Shown: positions 47,492-61,728 of the stretch, in pieces | Layout: every line of letters begins with the position of its first letter | Position numbering within the stretch: position 1 is the first letter of the stretch | DNA from: Nymphaea colorata | Lineage: Eukaryota | DNA: 64,000 nucleotides | Assembly (NCBI RefSeq): GCF_008831285.2 | Contig: NC_045138.2 | Span: forward strand, 37,076,001-37,140,000 | Direction: 5' to 3' | Program-made: the position numbers and the translations under genes | The notes under the pieces: generated by a model | What the model saw: the letters and a program-made list of their open reading frames with translations, nothing else | The model's database searches: none | Told to the model about the DNA's origin: nothing

Positions 47492-47894
47492 TAAATGGCT
47501 CGAGTTTAGTGGTCGAATCTCGTGTTTTAAAAGCCCTTCTCACATTTTTTTCATTTGCAAGGAGGCAATTGTTGGAATGAAATGCATTTTTTCTTTGTAT
47601 AAATATTAGTTTAAATTTTCATGAAAAAAAAAACTCAAGAGAAAAATGAAAAAAATAACTTATATATATATATATATATGTGTGTGTGAGAGAGGGAGAG
47701 AAATAGAACAAATTCAAATATGCCCACTGCTAGAATCTGCCGAATGATAAAAAATTAAAATCTGTAATTGAAAATATACACCAAGGATGGTCACAAAAAA
47801 TATTGAGATATGCTTTTGTTTCAACTATTTTCTTGCAAGACATTTAATTTTTACCCAAGCGGATCTAAATCATACGAGACTATGACTATGAGTA

Positions 47895-48185
47895 GATCTG
47901 GCCGTCTGGGCATTGGCCCATCCCAGCTCGGCTTGGCCTGGCTGATACCCGAAACTCAAGTCTAAATCCGATACACAAAACCCGAGTCTAGATTATGTAT
48001 AATAAAAAATAAATATAAAATAAAGATTTGAATATAAAATATTATATTTTTAATAAAATATTTTTATTTATTTATTATCAAACTAAATCAGTCCCGTCGA
48101 GCTCACCGAACCAGGTCCATACATTATTGAATCGGGTATTGGGTACCCGGTACTTGGCCAGGTCTGACTATGAATGGACTTAATA
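47895..48185. mobile_element. Probable decayed non-autonomous DNA-transposon relic (CCCGA/TCGGG subterminal repeats around an AT-rich core)
   Basis: GC-rich ends (GGCCCATCCC..CCCGA, TCGGG..GGGTACCCGG) flank an AT-rich interior. No clean TIR or TSD found. Confidence 0.4.
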
Positions 48186-49267
48186 CATACTGTTTTACCA
48201 CTGATTATATATATATATATATATAAAGTGTGTATTTGTTACTGCCCGTTACTTGGTTACTGTTTTTTAACAATAAAATGCTCATTTTTCGATGTTGTTT
48301 AACGACATAAAAAAAAAAAAATGGTGGGTATGATATAGCATGGATCATGGACGAATCTAAGTCCGGTATTTCCAGAAAACGGCTCCATCGAATGTAGGCC
48401 TGTTATTTGAATAAGCCGTATTCGCTAGTTTTTTTTTTGAAAGTAAATAGTAGTCGAAATTCTAAAAAAGGTGCATTTTTTTATAGCTTTTAAGCTTATA
48501 AAAAGGATACTCTTTTAAGCGCATGGACAATTAATTTTCACAAAAAAAAATAAAAACCATACCAAAGGATAGATATTTGACTTTTTTATTCCTTCACCGT
48601 TATGGTTGTGAATCTCCCCAAGAAAGTTATTTATAATATTATTGTCTTAAAAAACTAAAAGAGATATTTTTTTGGTCCTTCAGTCAACGACATGATAGTT
48701 GAAAACAATGAAGGGAAAAATATCGACAAAACTTTTAGTAATGCATCCTATTACATTATTAAATCGTCTGATTTACATTGTTGTTTTGGATATTTATTAA
48801 TTTCTTATATTTAAATAAATAAGTTAAAATCGAATAAAATAGTTTGTTTTTAAATTGATACAAATAAAAATGTTTTAACGAGTTAGACACGACTCTTACC
48901 AATTTTAATAAATTTAACGAGTTTAAAATAAATCACCTGACTCGTGCCTCTAGAATCGCTGGTTGGTCCGACTCGTTCGCCTTCGTGTTGAAACGCGCGC
49001 TTTGTTGCAGCCTTTTACGAGCCTCTGTATAAAAAACCGGTTCTCAGAAACTATTTTGTCTTCAGTTCTTTTGTTTTAATTGTCGGAAAAATCGTAAAAG
49101 AGAGCGAACTCTTCGCTCCTCTCCATTTCTCTCTCTAGGGTTGCACTTCCTTCGCTCTTCCTTGATTCTTTCTCCCGCTCTCTCCCTCCCCCCACTCTAG
49201 GCTTTCGGGTGCTCCGGTTTTCTTTTCTTCGGATTGTTGCTGGTTCGCTTCTTCCGTGGTTCGGAGA

Positions 49268-52200
49268 ATGGGCGGCAGAAACGTGATCTCGGACGAAGAA
49301 GGTAAGCAGTAAACAATCCCCAGGGGTCTTCTCGTTCGGATTTGCTTTTTCTATTTCTTCGTTTGATTCACTGCTTACTAGCTCGTTGAGTTTGAGCTTC
49401 ACTAGCGGCTCCAAACCTCGGATTTCTTGAGCCGAAACAGTTCAGGGATCGCAGGTTAGGGTTAGGGTTTGCGGGAGAAATGCGTTAGCTCCGCGTTTAT
49501 TTTCACGATGATCAGGACAGCAGCTTATGAAATATTTAATGGTTGTGAATGGTGATTTCCCTAATTGGTTTTCCTCGGTTATGTTGTTTCTTGTTGCGAC
49601 GCAATGCACCTGGAGCACTGGGTCAAATGCTGGGGTTTTTGTTCGTTCTCCTTCTTTAACTGACTCTCGATGTTGTTTTGTTCATGTGCGCATTCTGCTA
49701 TTTCAAGGTTGGCTTTCTTTTGCATGATCACACCGGTGGAGAAATTACGTGGTTCTTCCTTCGTAGGTTAGATGCCGTCTGTTGGGACCCCTTTGCTGCG
49801 TCTGAAGACCACGAGCTGATTTACTGCTCATCCCTCACACGTTTCTGTCTTTTAGAATATAGAAACACGAATTTTCAAAATTTGTGCTTCCGTGTTAGTT
49901 TGAAGTGTATGTTCTATTTGAGGCGTATACGTATAGCTTGATATAAGGTTAATTATCTGAGGAAATGAATGTAGAAATATCTCATGCTAATATTAGAGAG
50001 TACTAGGTTTCGTAATAATTTGACGAATTTTTGTTTTCTTCTGGAAAAGTGTCAAGAATTCTGTTCCTTATTAGTTTCTCTTACCTTGGTTGGCTTGTGT
50101 TACCTTTTCCTACTTTACCAAATGGTTCGTTTTTTTTTTTTGAATCAAAAGCGGGTTTCACAAAGGTGTTTGATTTTTTTTTCCTTCCATGGTTATGGCA
50201 AAGACACACTTAATGTTAATGTTCATCTTCGTGAGAACAATATTCTGTCACTTCGTAATATTACCGGATCTCGTAGCGGTAGAGCTTGTTTCCATCTGCT
50301 CAATTTGTTATTCGTCTTTGTATCTTGTGTCAACTTTTCTTGTGCATAGTGCCAGAAAGGAAATTTGAAATGCAATAATGTTATGTTTTATCGGTTGCCA
50401 AATTGATTGTGCGCGTGAACTCTTTGTGCTTGTTATACATGCAACTGCATGCTTTTCCTTTTTCCTCCAACCTCGTTTTCTAAATTGATTCCATGATAGA
50501 TGAATTTGAGGATGTGGTCCGTGGCCGTGAAGCAGGAGACGAGGTTGATGCAAGGGATGATGAAGAGGATGATGAAGAGGAGGAAGGTGAATTTCACGTT
50601 TTATGTTGTTGTTCTTCTGTTCCACTGTTGGGTATAGGAGATCTGGTCCTGTGTTTGTTTTTTAGGGGATTTTATATTATGTCTAATGTTAACTTTTAAT
50701 TTTTACAAGCTGGAAAGGTTGCATCCATACTTATTTTCATTCCCTTGAGTATGCCTCTGAGAATATTAATGTTGACAGAAGAAGGGCAAGATGAATATGA
50801 GAAGGATGGGTTCATTGTTGATGATGTAGAAGAAGAAGAAGAACAGGAAGAAGAGGAGGAGGACCAGGAGGAGTTAAGGTCCAAAAAGAAGAAAAGAAGG
50901 AAAAGGTTCTTACTGCTTGCTCATTCCTTTTTATTAGATAATCATGATTTTTGAGATTTCTCCTTTAAGCAAGTTTTTTTCGACTGATATTCTAAGAGAT
51001 TCTCATTAGTGTGTGTCTGCTAATTTAGGGAGACTGAGGAAAACTATGAACTCGATGAAGATGACTATGAGTTGCTTCAGGAGGCCAATGTTACAGGATT
51101 CCATCGACCCAAGCCTGTGAGTTTCCATATTCTGATTATTGTTTTTTTTTTTCTTTTCTTTTCTTAGGTTTATTGGTTCCTGTCATTCATGTGGCAAATA
51201 TATATGCAGGGCAGCAAAAAGTTTAAAAGACTAAAAAAAGCTGGTCGGAACAATGACCATGAAGAGGGATCTGGCTTTACTGATGATGAAGAGATCAATG
51301 AAATTGACCGGAGTGGTCGTACTGCTGAAGAAAAACTGAAGCGCAGCTTGTTTGGTGATGATGAAGGTAATCATATTCATGCTTGAGGGGTAGGATCTTT
51401 GAAGGGAGTGAGTGAGTGATAACCAAGTCTCTCTCTCTCTCTTTTTTCTCACTCTTTTTCTTATACAAGCATGCATAGACATACTCTCTTGCATGTGGAT
51501 ATGTATATATAAGAGCCCATACTCATAAAGGGATATTTGAAAGCAACCACATGTATCTTTCTTTTCTATTTTTTTTTTTATATCTGAATAAATGAATATC
51601 AGGGTTGTGTCATTAGGGGTGCCACAAGATATTGCTGAAGAGGAGGAACTGCAAGAAGATGTGGAAGAAGAAGAAGATATTGGTGAAGAGGATGAAATGG
51701 CTGATTTTATTGTTGACGAGGAAGAAGTTGATGAGAATGGAGTTGTTATGAGGTAGGCACCTTCATCTCATATGAGAAGGCATATTCATATTGTCCTAGT
51801 TTACTGATAACAAATCTCCACAAACACAAGCGGTCATCCTAGTCACTCATTGCCAATATTTTGAAAATATGCGGAGATTGTTGCCACTTTGTAGCCAGCC
51901 AATAATATAGGCAAAATATTGTGTTTGCATGGGATGTTTTTCTTTTTATCTCCTTTTGTTTTTATTTTCATTACTTGTTTTTTGATGATTTTGCAAAAAA
52001 TGCTCCAAAGCTTTCGTCTCAACTTTTTGGTTCGTTTATGTTTTTCAATATTTAAATTTAATTTTTTTTGGTTTCCCTGACATTTTTCAAGAAAATCACG
52101 TTTGGAAAAAGGCTTCTCAAGAGAACGTTTGCAGAGAATGTTGTAGGTGACTCTGTATATTGTCTAGCATGTATTCTTACTAGCATTTTCCATTATATAT

Positions 52201-55200
52201 TGTGTTAGTGGTGCTTAAATATTCGTTTCAATAAGTATCTTCCGGTTTACAAGCTTAATGTTTGTATTTTCACTTCATTTTAGAAAGAGGAGGCCAAAAA
52301 AGAAGATTTTAAGACAGGCTCCTGGAGTATCATCATCTGCACTACAAGAAGCTCATGATATATTTGGTGATGTCGATGAGCTTCTTTTGCTTCGCAAGCA
52401 AGGCCTTAAAAAGGGTGGCGGTTATGATGATTCTGGTGATTGGAGAGAGAAAAGACTTGAGGATGAGTTTGAACCTAGTGTTATCAAGGAGAAGTATTTG
52501 TCAGAGAAAGACAATCAGATCCGTGACAAGGATATGCCTGAGAGGATTCAGGTACACTCTTCCATTAACTAATTATTAACAGTATTTCACTGAACTGTCA
52601 CTTTGAACATCTTCAATGTCAGGCTAGACATTCCGTATGTTTCTAGAATTGCAATACCTGTGACATTTTCATATTATACTCATGTGATCAAAAGTTAAGA
52701 GTTGGTTGTTTCAGTTTTAAAAAAGTATGCTGTATCACGAAGTTATTTTACCAAAAAAAGAAAAAGTGTACATTTTCAAGACATAAGAAAGTGGATCTTG
52801 TTTTCATCGGTGCCACTTTACTTGTTAGCCTCTGTATTTTGGTGATTTAGTTTCTTTCATATGCTCTTTTGCCATTTCTGATTATGCAACAATTTATGGT
52901 TCTTTTGGTCTAGTCTCTCTCTCTCTTTGCCTGATTCCATTTTTTCTCTTCAAAGACATTATTGCTAGGTTTCAGGAAACATTTTGCACTTATTTCCTTC
53001 TCATTTTTGTCTAGTTCATTCTTCATATTATGCTAACAATATCATGCATGAAGCTCCTTACTCTGTCCCAAGTTTTAAATGAATAGTATTTGATTTTGGA
53101 TCCAGAATGATAAACTGATATTCTTGCATTTGTTTTTTCTCCATTTAGAAGACTTGTGACATATATTTGAAATTTTGCTTCTTTATCATCTAAGTGAGTT
53201 TTGAGTTTTGCCTGGTTAAGTTTATTAGGATTTCAAAAGGCATATGTCTAAATAAATACTGTTATTTTTATTTGATTAGGTTTTATAAGTTAGATCTTTC
53301 TGTTTCTACATCCGGTACAAACAAAATTGATGATGGAAATTGATCTGCTTCATACTCCCAAGAACAGAATGATTGGGAATTGTATGTTATTTGGCAATCA
53401 TTCATTATCTACTTCTGATTTCTTTGACCATTTTATTGTTCTGGAAAAAACATGAGTAGCTTGATGCAATATCAACCTTGTCTTAGTTCATATGGACACA
53501 AAATTGATTGCCTTGTTTTTCTGTTGGAGTCTTTCATTATCTAAACTTATTATTTAAGGCTAGTGATGGGGACTGGCAGTATTTTACATGAAGCTATTCT
53601 GGTTGTTGAGGGAATTTAGGAATTAGTTTGACAGAAAAGGTCGAGGTACTTAGGATACTAGCTTTCCAGATTTTGAGATCAACAAGTGGGCTCTGGAACA
53701 TATTTTGTTTTCCTCTTTTTAAATGCAAATGCATCGACTGGCTGGTCCCAGAATTATGTGCCTCGTCCTTGTAGAAGAACCGGCATCTTGTTGTTTGCCA
53801 TCTCTTAGTGCATGGTAACTGTCTGATTTTCAATTTCCGGGCGAGGATTGGTTGCTATGTTTTCTGAGAGCATGGAAATTTATCCTTTGTCTTGATTAGC
53901 TTCTATTTGTGAGAGGGTGTCTAAGTTAGGGTTTAGCCAAGTTCCTTGTCAGGTTTCTGACTTGCACTTGCCTGATTACAATTGCTGATAAATTTTTCTA
54001 ATGGAATTCTGCAGTTATTTGAAGAAATGGTTGGTCCTATTCCTGAAGATGATGAGAGTATACAGGCGGAGGCAACTTGGATTTTCAACCAGCTAAGTGG
54101 CTCTGCAATGTTGCGTCTGTTTGGAGAGCATGCTGCAGTCCCGGAGATTGACAGGGAGGACATTGCCAATGTCCTGGGAATGCTGCACGTTCAGAAGTTT
54201 GAGGTGAGCTTTGAAGATGGGAATGTTTCAGATACACAGGGAAGCTGGTTGTTTCTGTGTACATGATTTTCTTTTCTGTTTCAGATTCCTTTTATTGCAA
54301 TGTATCGAAAAGAGCTATGTCTCAGCTTGTTAAGAGATCCAGTTCAGGATGCTGCAGCAGGTGAAGACAATAAACGCCATGTGAAGTGGCATAAGGTGAT
54401 TGTGTTTACTTTTGCATGCAAGCAGCCATGTGCTTGCTGAAAATTGTGCATGATCTGATTACTTATCCTTCAAACAATTAAATTTGTTGCTCACTTCGTC
54501 AGAGGAACTTTTTGCAGTTGCTCTGGGCTGTGCATAACTTGGATAAAAAGTGGCTTCTTCTTCAGAAGAGGAAGAATTCTCTGCAGTTATATTACAAAAA
54601 ACGAGCATCTGAGGAAGCGAACATTGATGTGTCCAAAAAGAAACTTCTTGAGTCGCTTGTTGATATGCTTAAGAATGCTGACTCCGAGAGAGTAGTTGAT
54701 GACATTGATCTGAAGTTTAACTTGCACTTTCCTCCTGATGAAGTGGATGCAGAGGAGGGACAATTCAAACGACCAAAGAGAAAATCCCTCTACAGTATTT
54801 GTCGTAAGGCTGGACTAGGTGATGCAGCAGGCATGTTTGGGCTCAGTCCTGAAAAGTTCGGAAAACTTCTTGGACTGGAGGAGATGGTATAGGTCCCTTT
54901 CTGCCCAGAATTATTTTTCAGTTGCCAAATATAATGAGAAAGCTAACTTAGACCATTTGCAGGGTGAGCAAGTGGTTGATGCTAGGGAAACACCTGAGGA
55001 AGTTGCACTAAAATTTCAATCCAGAGAGTTTGAGACTCCTCAGGATGTCCTTAAAGGTGCCAGGCACATGGTATGGCACATATCATGTTTTACATCTGCT
55101 ATTCATATTACAAAATTTTCCCTAGGCTATTTTGCTCTAATGTTCCTTATCGTCTTTCTTTTTGTAGGCTGCTGTAGAGATTAGCTGTGAGCCGTCTGTG

Positions 55201-58200
55201 CGGAAGCATGTTCGTGATCTATATGTTGAACATGCTTTCATCTCCACAAAGCCCACTCATGAGGGGAATGCGGTTATCGATTCTTTCCATCCCCTTGCAG
55301 CTGTAAAATGGCTACGAGATAAACCTGTCTCTGAATTTTGTGATGCACAATGGCTTCTTATACAAAAGGCTGAAGAGGAGAAGCTTCTTCAAGTTACCAT
55401 AAGAGCTCCTGATATTCCAAAATTAGAGCATCAATTTTATGAGAACTATCTTAGTGACAGCGTGAGTAGATGTGCACAGCTTTGGAATGAACAACGGAAA
55501 TTAGTTGTTAAGGATGCTTTATTTGGTTTTCTTCTTCCATCGATGGAAAAAGAAGCTCGAGCACTGTTGACTGCTAGAGCTAAGAGCTGGTTACTTTTGG
55601 AATATGGGAGTCAACTGTGGAGTAAAGTTTCAGTTGCTCCATATAAACGAAAAGAAAATGATGCCCAGGCTAAAGATGCTGATGATGAGGTTGCTACTGA
55701 AGAAGAGGTTGCACCACGAGTTATGGCCTGTTGCTGGGGTCCTGGAAAACCAGCCACGACATTTGTGATGTTAGATTCATCTGGTGAAGTTCTTGATGTG
55801 TTGTATACTGGTTTTCTTAGCATTCGCTCACAGAGTGCTAACCATCAGCAGCGCAAGAAAATGGATCAAGAACGTCTTTTGAAATTCATGACTGAACATC
55901 ACCCACATGTTGTTGTTCTTGGAGCTGTAAACTTATCCTGTCCGCGCCTCAAGGATGATATTTTTGAGGTATACACGAAAAGAAAAACCTCTTCAGCTAT
56001 CTTCTATGTCAGTGCTAATAATTTAATTGAATAATATTGTTTCCAGGGATTTTGACAGAGCATATAGAGTGCCTGTTATTTTAGAACATTCATTTTTAGG
56101 GTACCTATTCATCTTAGTTCTTTCTTCTATGGTATGTTGCCAGATGCACTAGGCTGTGTCTGGGCAGCGATCTGAGCATAGAGCGTAGGTGGGACTAGTA
56201 AGCAATCCAAGAAAGAAAAAAATCAATATTAATTGTTGAAATTGACAACAAAAATTGAAAAATTTCTCAGTTGAAAACTTATGATTGTCAACATACAAGA
56301 ACAAAACATTTTAAATGCACATTAAACTCATTAACTATAATATACGTAAGAGTTTGAAAAATCAAATTGAATGAGGTGGAACAGCCAAAAAGTTATGTAG
56401 CATCAAGTGAACAAGTTTTTAACATTGCTTTTCAATGTTAATAGAATGTTAAAGTTCTTCTAATTTCCTGAATTCTGTATGAAAAATATCTAATTGTAAT
56501 TTCTAATTCTAAAACCTAAGAGAATAAAAATAAACACAAAGTTACTAACCTAATTGAAGAAAGAGAAGCATATATCCTCGACATAATCATAGTTTCCATG
56601 TTAGCATTTCTTATTGTAAAAATTGGTGAAGAAAAGAAGAATAGGAACTAACTTTGTGTCGGACAGTAGAAGGATGGAAAAATGCGGGAGGTAGAAGAAA
56701 AACAAGAAATATAGGCTATTGGAGGGGAAAGAAAGAGCCTAGGTTGTTGAGGACACTGGAGCGCTTAGGTGCCCAGTGGAGGTCTACTTCCCAATTTGCA
56801 TTCTAGTGAGGGTCTACTTTCCTCATTTTATACTAATTTTATTCCCATACTAAATATTCTTGTTTGTTCTTCTCAGGTAATTTTTAAAATTGTAGAGGAT
56901 CATCCTTATGATGTCGGACATGAGGTGGATGAGCTAAGTGTTGTTTATGGCGATGAATCCTTGCCTCGTCTGTATGAAAATTCTAGGGTTTCTTTGGATC
57001 AGCTGCCTGCACAGCAGGGTAACTCTGTCAAGTCTCAACTAGTCCACATTAATGAATGCTTGTATTGGTTGCTTATGCTTGATATCTTTCTGGTTTAGCA
57101 GGTATTGTAAGGCGTGCAGTTGCTCTTGGACGTTACTTGCAAAATCCTCTGGCCATGGTTGCAACACTTTGTGGTCCAGGAAGAGAAATATTATCATGGA
57201 AGCTTAACGTCCTGGAGAGCTACCTTACTCCTGATGAGAAGTATGAGATGATTGAGCAGGTGTTAGTAGATGTAACCAACCAAGTGGGTATTGATGTGAA
57301 TTTGGCTGCTTGTCATGAATGGCTTTTTGCTCCACTTCAATTTGTCTCAGGCCTTGGTCCCAGAAAGGCATCCTCATTACAGCGTGCTGTTGTAGGAGCT
57401 GGTAGAATATACAGCAGAAAAGAGATTCCAATGAATTTGGGAGTCCTTAAGCGTAATGTGTTCATGAATGCTGCTGGCTTTTTGCGGGTCCGAGGCAGCG
57501 GCCAAGCTGCTCTTGGAAATCATGTGTTGGACTTGCTAGATGATACTAGAATTCACCCAGAATCATATGATCTTGCACGGAAAATGGCGAAGGATGTCTA
57601 TGCAGAAGATGTGGGCCAGGATATTAATGATTTGGATGAAGACGCCCAGGAAATGGCAATTGAGCAAGTTAGGGGTAGTGTAAATTTGAAAAGACTTGAT
57701 ATTGATGCATACAGTGGAAGCATCGAGTTGCACCTTGGGACCAGCAAAAGAGAGACTCTTTATGATATAAAAATGGAGTTGCTACATGGGTTCACAGATT
57801 GGCGAGCCCCTTATTCGGAACCAACTCAGGATGAGGAATTTTATATGATCTCTGGTGAAACTCCAGAGACTCTTGCTGAAGGAAGACTTGTGCAAGCAAC
57901 AGTTCGCAGAGTACAGGGGCAACGAATTTTTTGTGAGCTTGAATCGGGTTTGATGGGCTTGATTTCAAAGGAAGATTTCTCAGATGAGCGGGACTTTGAA
58001 CTAACTGAGAGGGTAGCTGAGGGTAGTATAGTCACATGCAAAATTAAATTCATCCGGAAGGATAGACACCAAGTTATCCTAACCTGCAAAGGAAGTGACT
58101 TAAGGAACAACCGGTTGCAAAGCAAGCAACCAAAGGACCCATATTATGCGGAAGATGAAAGCAGTCTCCAGAATGATCTGGAGAAAGCTCGCAAGGAGAA

Positions 58201-60206
58201 GGAGCTTGCAAAGAAATCATTCAAACCAAGAATGATAGTTCATCCCCGTTTCCAAAATGTTACAGCTGATGAAGCTATTTCGGTATGTTTCAAACATTAG
58301 TGCCTGTACACATTCATATGTGCACACACATCTGGGTATGAGTATATACACTGCATTTTTGTGTCAATGTGTGTCCTAATATGTCATGATCACATGTATA
58401 TGTACCATTATCACAAATATTGTTTTCATGTTCTTCACACTTCACAGCAAGGCTTTTACCAGGTATTTTTTTAGCAAAGTTGGTTTTCTTGAAAAAAAAA
58501 AACTTGGGAAAATGAAAAAAGAAATTAGGTAAAACTAAATTGAGTCAGAAACTAATAAGAAGACATTAGAAAAACTTGATAAAAAAATAATTTTAAAATG
58601 ATAATAAAAATGGTGATAAAAATGACGATAAATAACTTTGTTTAAGTTTAAATTTCAATCCATGATGATATTAATGTAAAAAAAAAACAGAAAATGGAAA
58701 ACTGTGGTAAAAAAGTGATTAATTTATTTTCATGTTTTTTCTGAAATGGTGTTTTTATCATATGTTCTCGTTTTAAGTACAGAAGCATATGGATGGTTGC
58801 TTAATGTAAAAAAAAAAAAATCATGAAAGCTAGATGTTGCATATCAGAAGCTATAATGGAAAACATGATGTTTGGTCCTATATTTTGGACATTTCACTTC
58901 CATTATTGTGGCCAGCTTTTCTGTGCTGAAACTTAAGACTACCAGATGACCTAGATGATAGCCAACTTTACATACGGTATATATACTTGTCTCTATGTGT
59001 GTGTATGTGTGCATGCATGTGTGCACCTTATGCATGATAAAATTTACTGGTCAAGGTCCACTGACCTGGATAGCGTGTCACCAACTTTCATTTTGATTTA
59101 TTCAATCCCAAAGTCTTCGTATAGGTATTGTTTCTTTGGGTTCATATCTAAGTCGTGGACTCGAGGTGCTTTTTGTGTTAATCGCTGACTTCATTTTCTG
59201 GTTTTGGTTTGCAGTTCCTTGCTGACAAGGAAGCTGGTGAAAGCATTGTCCGCCCTAGTTCTAGGGGTCCTCAATATTTGACATTGACTTTGAAAGTCCA
59301 TGATGGAGTTTATGCTCATAAGGACATTATTGAAGGTGACAAAGACCAAAAGGATATTACTAGCCTTCTTCGTCTTGGGAAAACACTGAAAATTGGTGAA
59401 GATACTTTTGAAGACCTGGATGAGGTTGGTGCACGTTCTATTTTCATTTCTCATACTGCTTTTTTAGTATCCAGAAAAAATGGAGCAGTATTTTTTCAAT
59501 ATTATTGGTTCTCTTTATAATACTCTTTCCCTTGCAGTTGGTACCTTGCTGTATAATCTGTCACTTGTTTCTTATGATGTCTAAGTTTTGAATTTTTTTT
59601 TTCCCCTTAAACCTGTCAATATTTGTGCATGCGCTGAATGTCTGTACAGGAATCAAGAGACCATAGTTTCTTTACCAAGCTTCATGGTGGTTTTTTATCC
59701 AGTAATTGGCAATTCTTTTTCTAGTTTAAACAAAAACTTTTATATTTGCTTCCTCGTAAGGTGTTTCTGTATCTTGGTTTGTTTCTTCAAATGATGCAGC
59801 TTGAGAGGGTTGTGAGGGCAAGTTTCTGGGTTGTGGAAAGTCATAGCAAGAACTATTTCAAAATGAAGTAGGATCTTGTTTGCAGCTTGTGTGGGTATCA
59901 TAGGCTCCAATTGCAGTTTACCTTTATAGATATATTTAATTGGGTGTGCAAGAAACTTGAAGCAGACAACGGAGGAACAGTCCCCACTGATTTTTTAGTT
60001 TTTATTGGTGTTCAATGAAAAAGTATGTATCCACGAGTCTGCTTGTTGTGTTATGCTGCTTATAGCCTCAAGTGCTTAGTGAAAGGGTTTCTTGGGGTAA
60101 CATGGTTATAGTGTGAGGTCAACAAGTGGGTTGCAGTATATGCTTGTTCTGGAAATGACAAGTCTCTCCTTGATCTTTGATGCTACAACCTTAGCAACTA
60201 AACTTT

Positions 60207-60268
<62 letters not shown>

Positions 60269-61728
60269 TTGTCATTGTTCAATAAGCACAACTTAAATTA
60301 TCACAACCTTCTTGCAGGTCATGGATAGGTATGTTGACCCTCTTGTAGCCAACCTTAGAGTGATGCTTGGTTACCGCAAATTCAGGAGGGGATCCAAGGC
60401 AGAAGTTGATGAAGATTTGAAGCATGAGAAGGCTGCAAACCCCATGCGGATAGTATATTCTTTTGGGGTTTCACATGAGCACCCAGGCACCTTCATTTTA
60501 TCTTATATACGCAGCAGCAATCCTCATCATGAATACATTGGTCTCTATCCGAAGGGTTTCAAGTTCAGGTCGAAGATGTTTGAGAGTCTAGATAGGTTAG
60601 TGGCATACTTTCAGAGGCATATTGATGACCTGCAGCATTCTTCTGTTCCACCTATTCGTTCAGTAGCTGCAATGGTTCCGTTGAGAAGCCCAGCAAGTGG
60701 TGGAGGTTCAGTTGGCAGCGGTTGGGGTGGGTCAACAACCAGCAGTGGGGATGGTTGGAGGACACGAGGTCATTCCGATAGGGATAGATCTGCAACACCT
60801 GCTTCAAGAACAGGTATTTGTACTATTGCGTTATTTGGGTTCACCACCTGTATATCTGAAATATTGTTGCTCGATCATTGGATTTCAACGCTACAAGATT
60901 TTATTCTGTTTCAGACAAGTAATATGCGTCATTCACTTACATGGCTAGTGTCTCTAGATTTCTGACCTGCAGTGAGCATGACATCAGTGCTCCTGATTGA
61001 AATAGTGCCATAATATTTTCCTTTTTGTCTAATTTATTTGTTTATTTTGTTTCATACGTTGTGCTAACTCTAGATCTTGAAAAGAATTGCATCAGTGCAA
61101 TTGGAATCTGTAAAATGATCTTTTGTGGTTGCTGACTGTTCAAATAGAGGTTTTTTACAGGCATCTGAGCGTTCTTAGATGGCATCTTTCTTCCTAGCTT
61201 CCTTAGTCTCGGCCTTACTGTTTTTCTTTCCACATGGGAACAGGAAGAGGTGATTACAGAAATGGAAATGCTCGAGATGGGCATCCGAGTGGATTGCCGA
61301 GACCATATGGGAATGACCGAGGACGTGGTGGAAGGGGAGGCAGGGGGCACCGTGATGGACAGGATTCTTTTACTTCCAACTGGGGTCAAAGCTCAGATTC
61401 GAAGGATGGTGGTGGTGGTGGTGGTGCTTGGGGGGGAAGCTTCGGTGGAACAAATGCTCCAAAGTCTCCTTCTAGAGGTGATGCGCCTGGAACTTGGGGT
61501 AGCAGTGGGGCCTGGGGCAGCGGAGGTGGCGAGTGGGAGGCTACTAAAAACCCATCAGCTCCTGATGTTGGCGATGCAGGTTGGGAGGCTACTAAAAAGT
61601 TGGACGCCTTGGCTGTATCTGATCCACCCCAAGGCATGCAGAATGGTAGCAATGGCGGTGGTGCAGGTGGCTGGGGTGCGAGCGGTGGAAGATGGGCTGG
61701 AGATCCTGATGTGCCTGGTGGATGGTGA
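49268..61728 (+). CDS. SPT6: Transcription elongation factor SPT6-like (SPT6L/GTB1 type), 17 exons, ~1662 aa
   Basis: Exons: 49268-49301, 50500-50586, 50779-50905, 51029-51116, 51210-51366, 51617-51752, 52284-52551, 54015-54203, 54285-54395, 54518-54886, 54963-55070, 55168-55968, 56877-57018, 57102-58282, 59215-59424, 60318-60813, 61244-61728. Acidic N-terminus, YqgF (RVMACCWGPG), HhH (GLGPRKA), LLDDTRIHPESY, S1, tandem SH2 (IVRPSSRG) and Gly/WG-rich C-tail. Confidence 0.96.
49455..49470 (+). promoter_or_regulatory. Telo-box-like motif in SPT6 intron 1
   Basis: GTTAGGGTTAGGGTTT near the 5' end of a housekeeping gene. Confidence 0.5.
60209..60265. repeat. (TC)n(AC)n compound microsatellite in an SPT6 intron
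   Basis: Directly visible. Confidence 0.9.
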
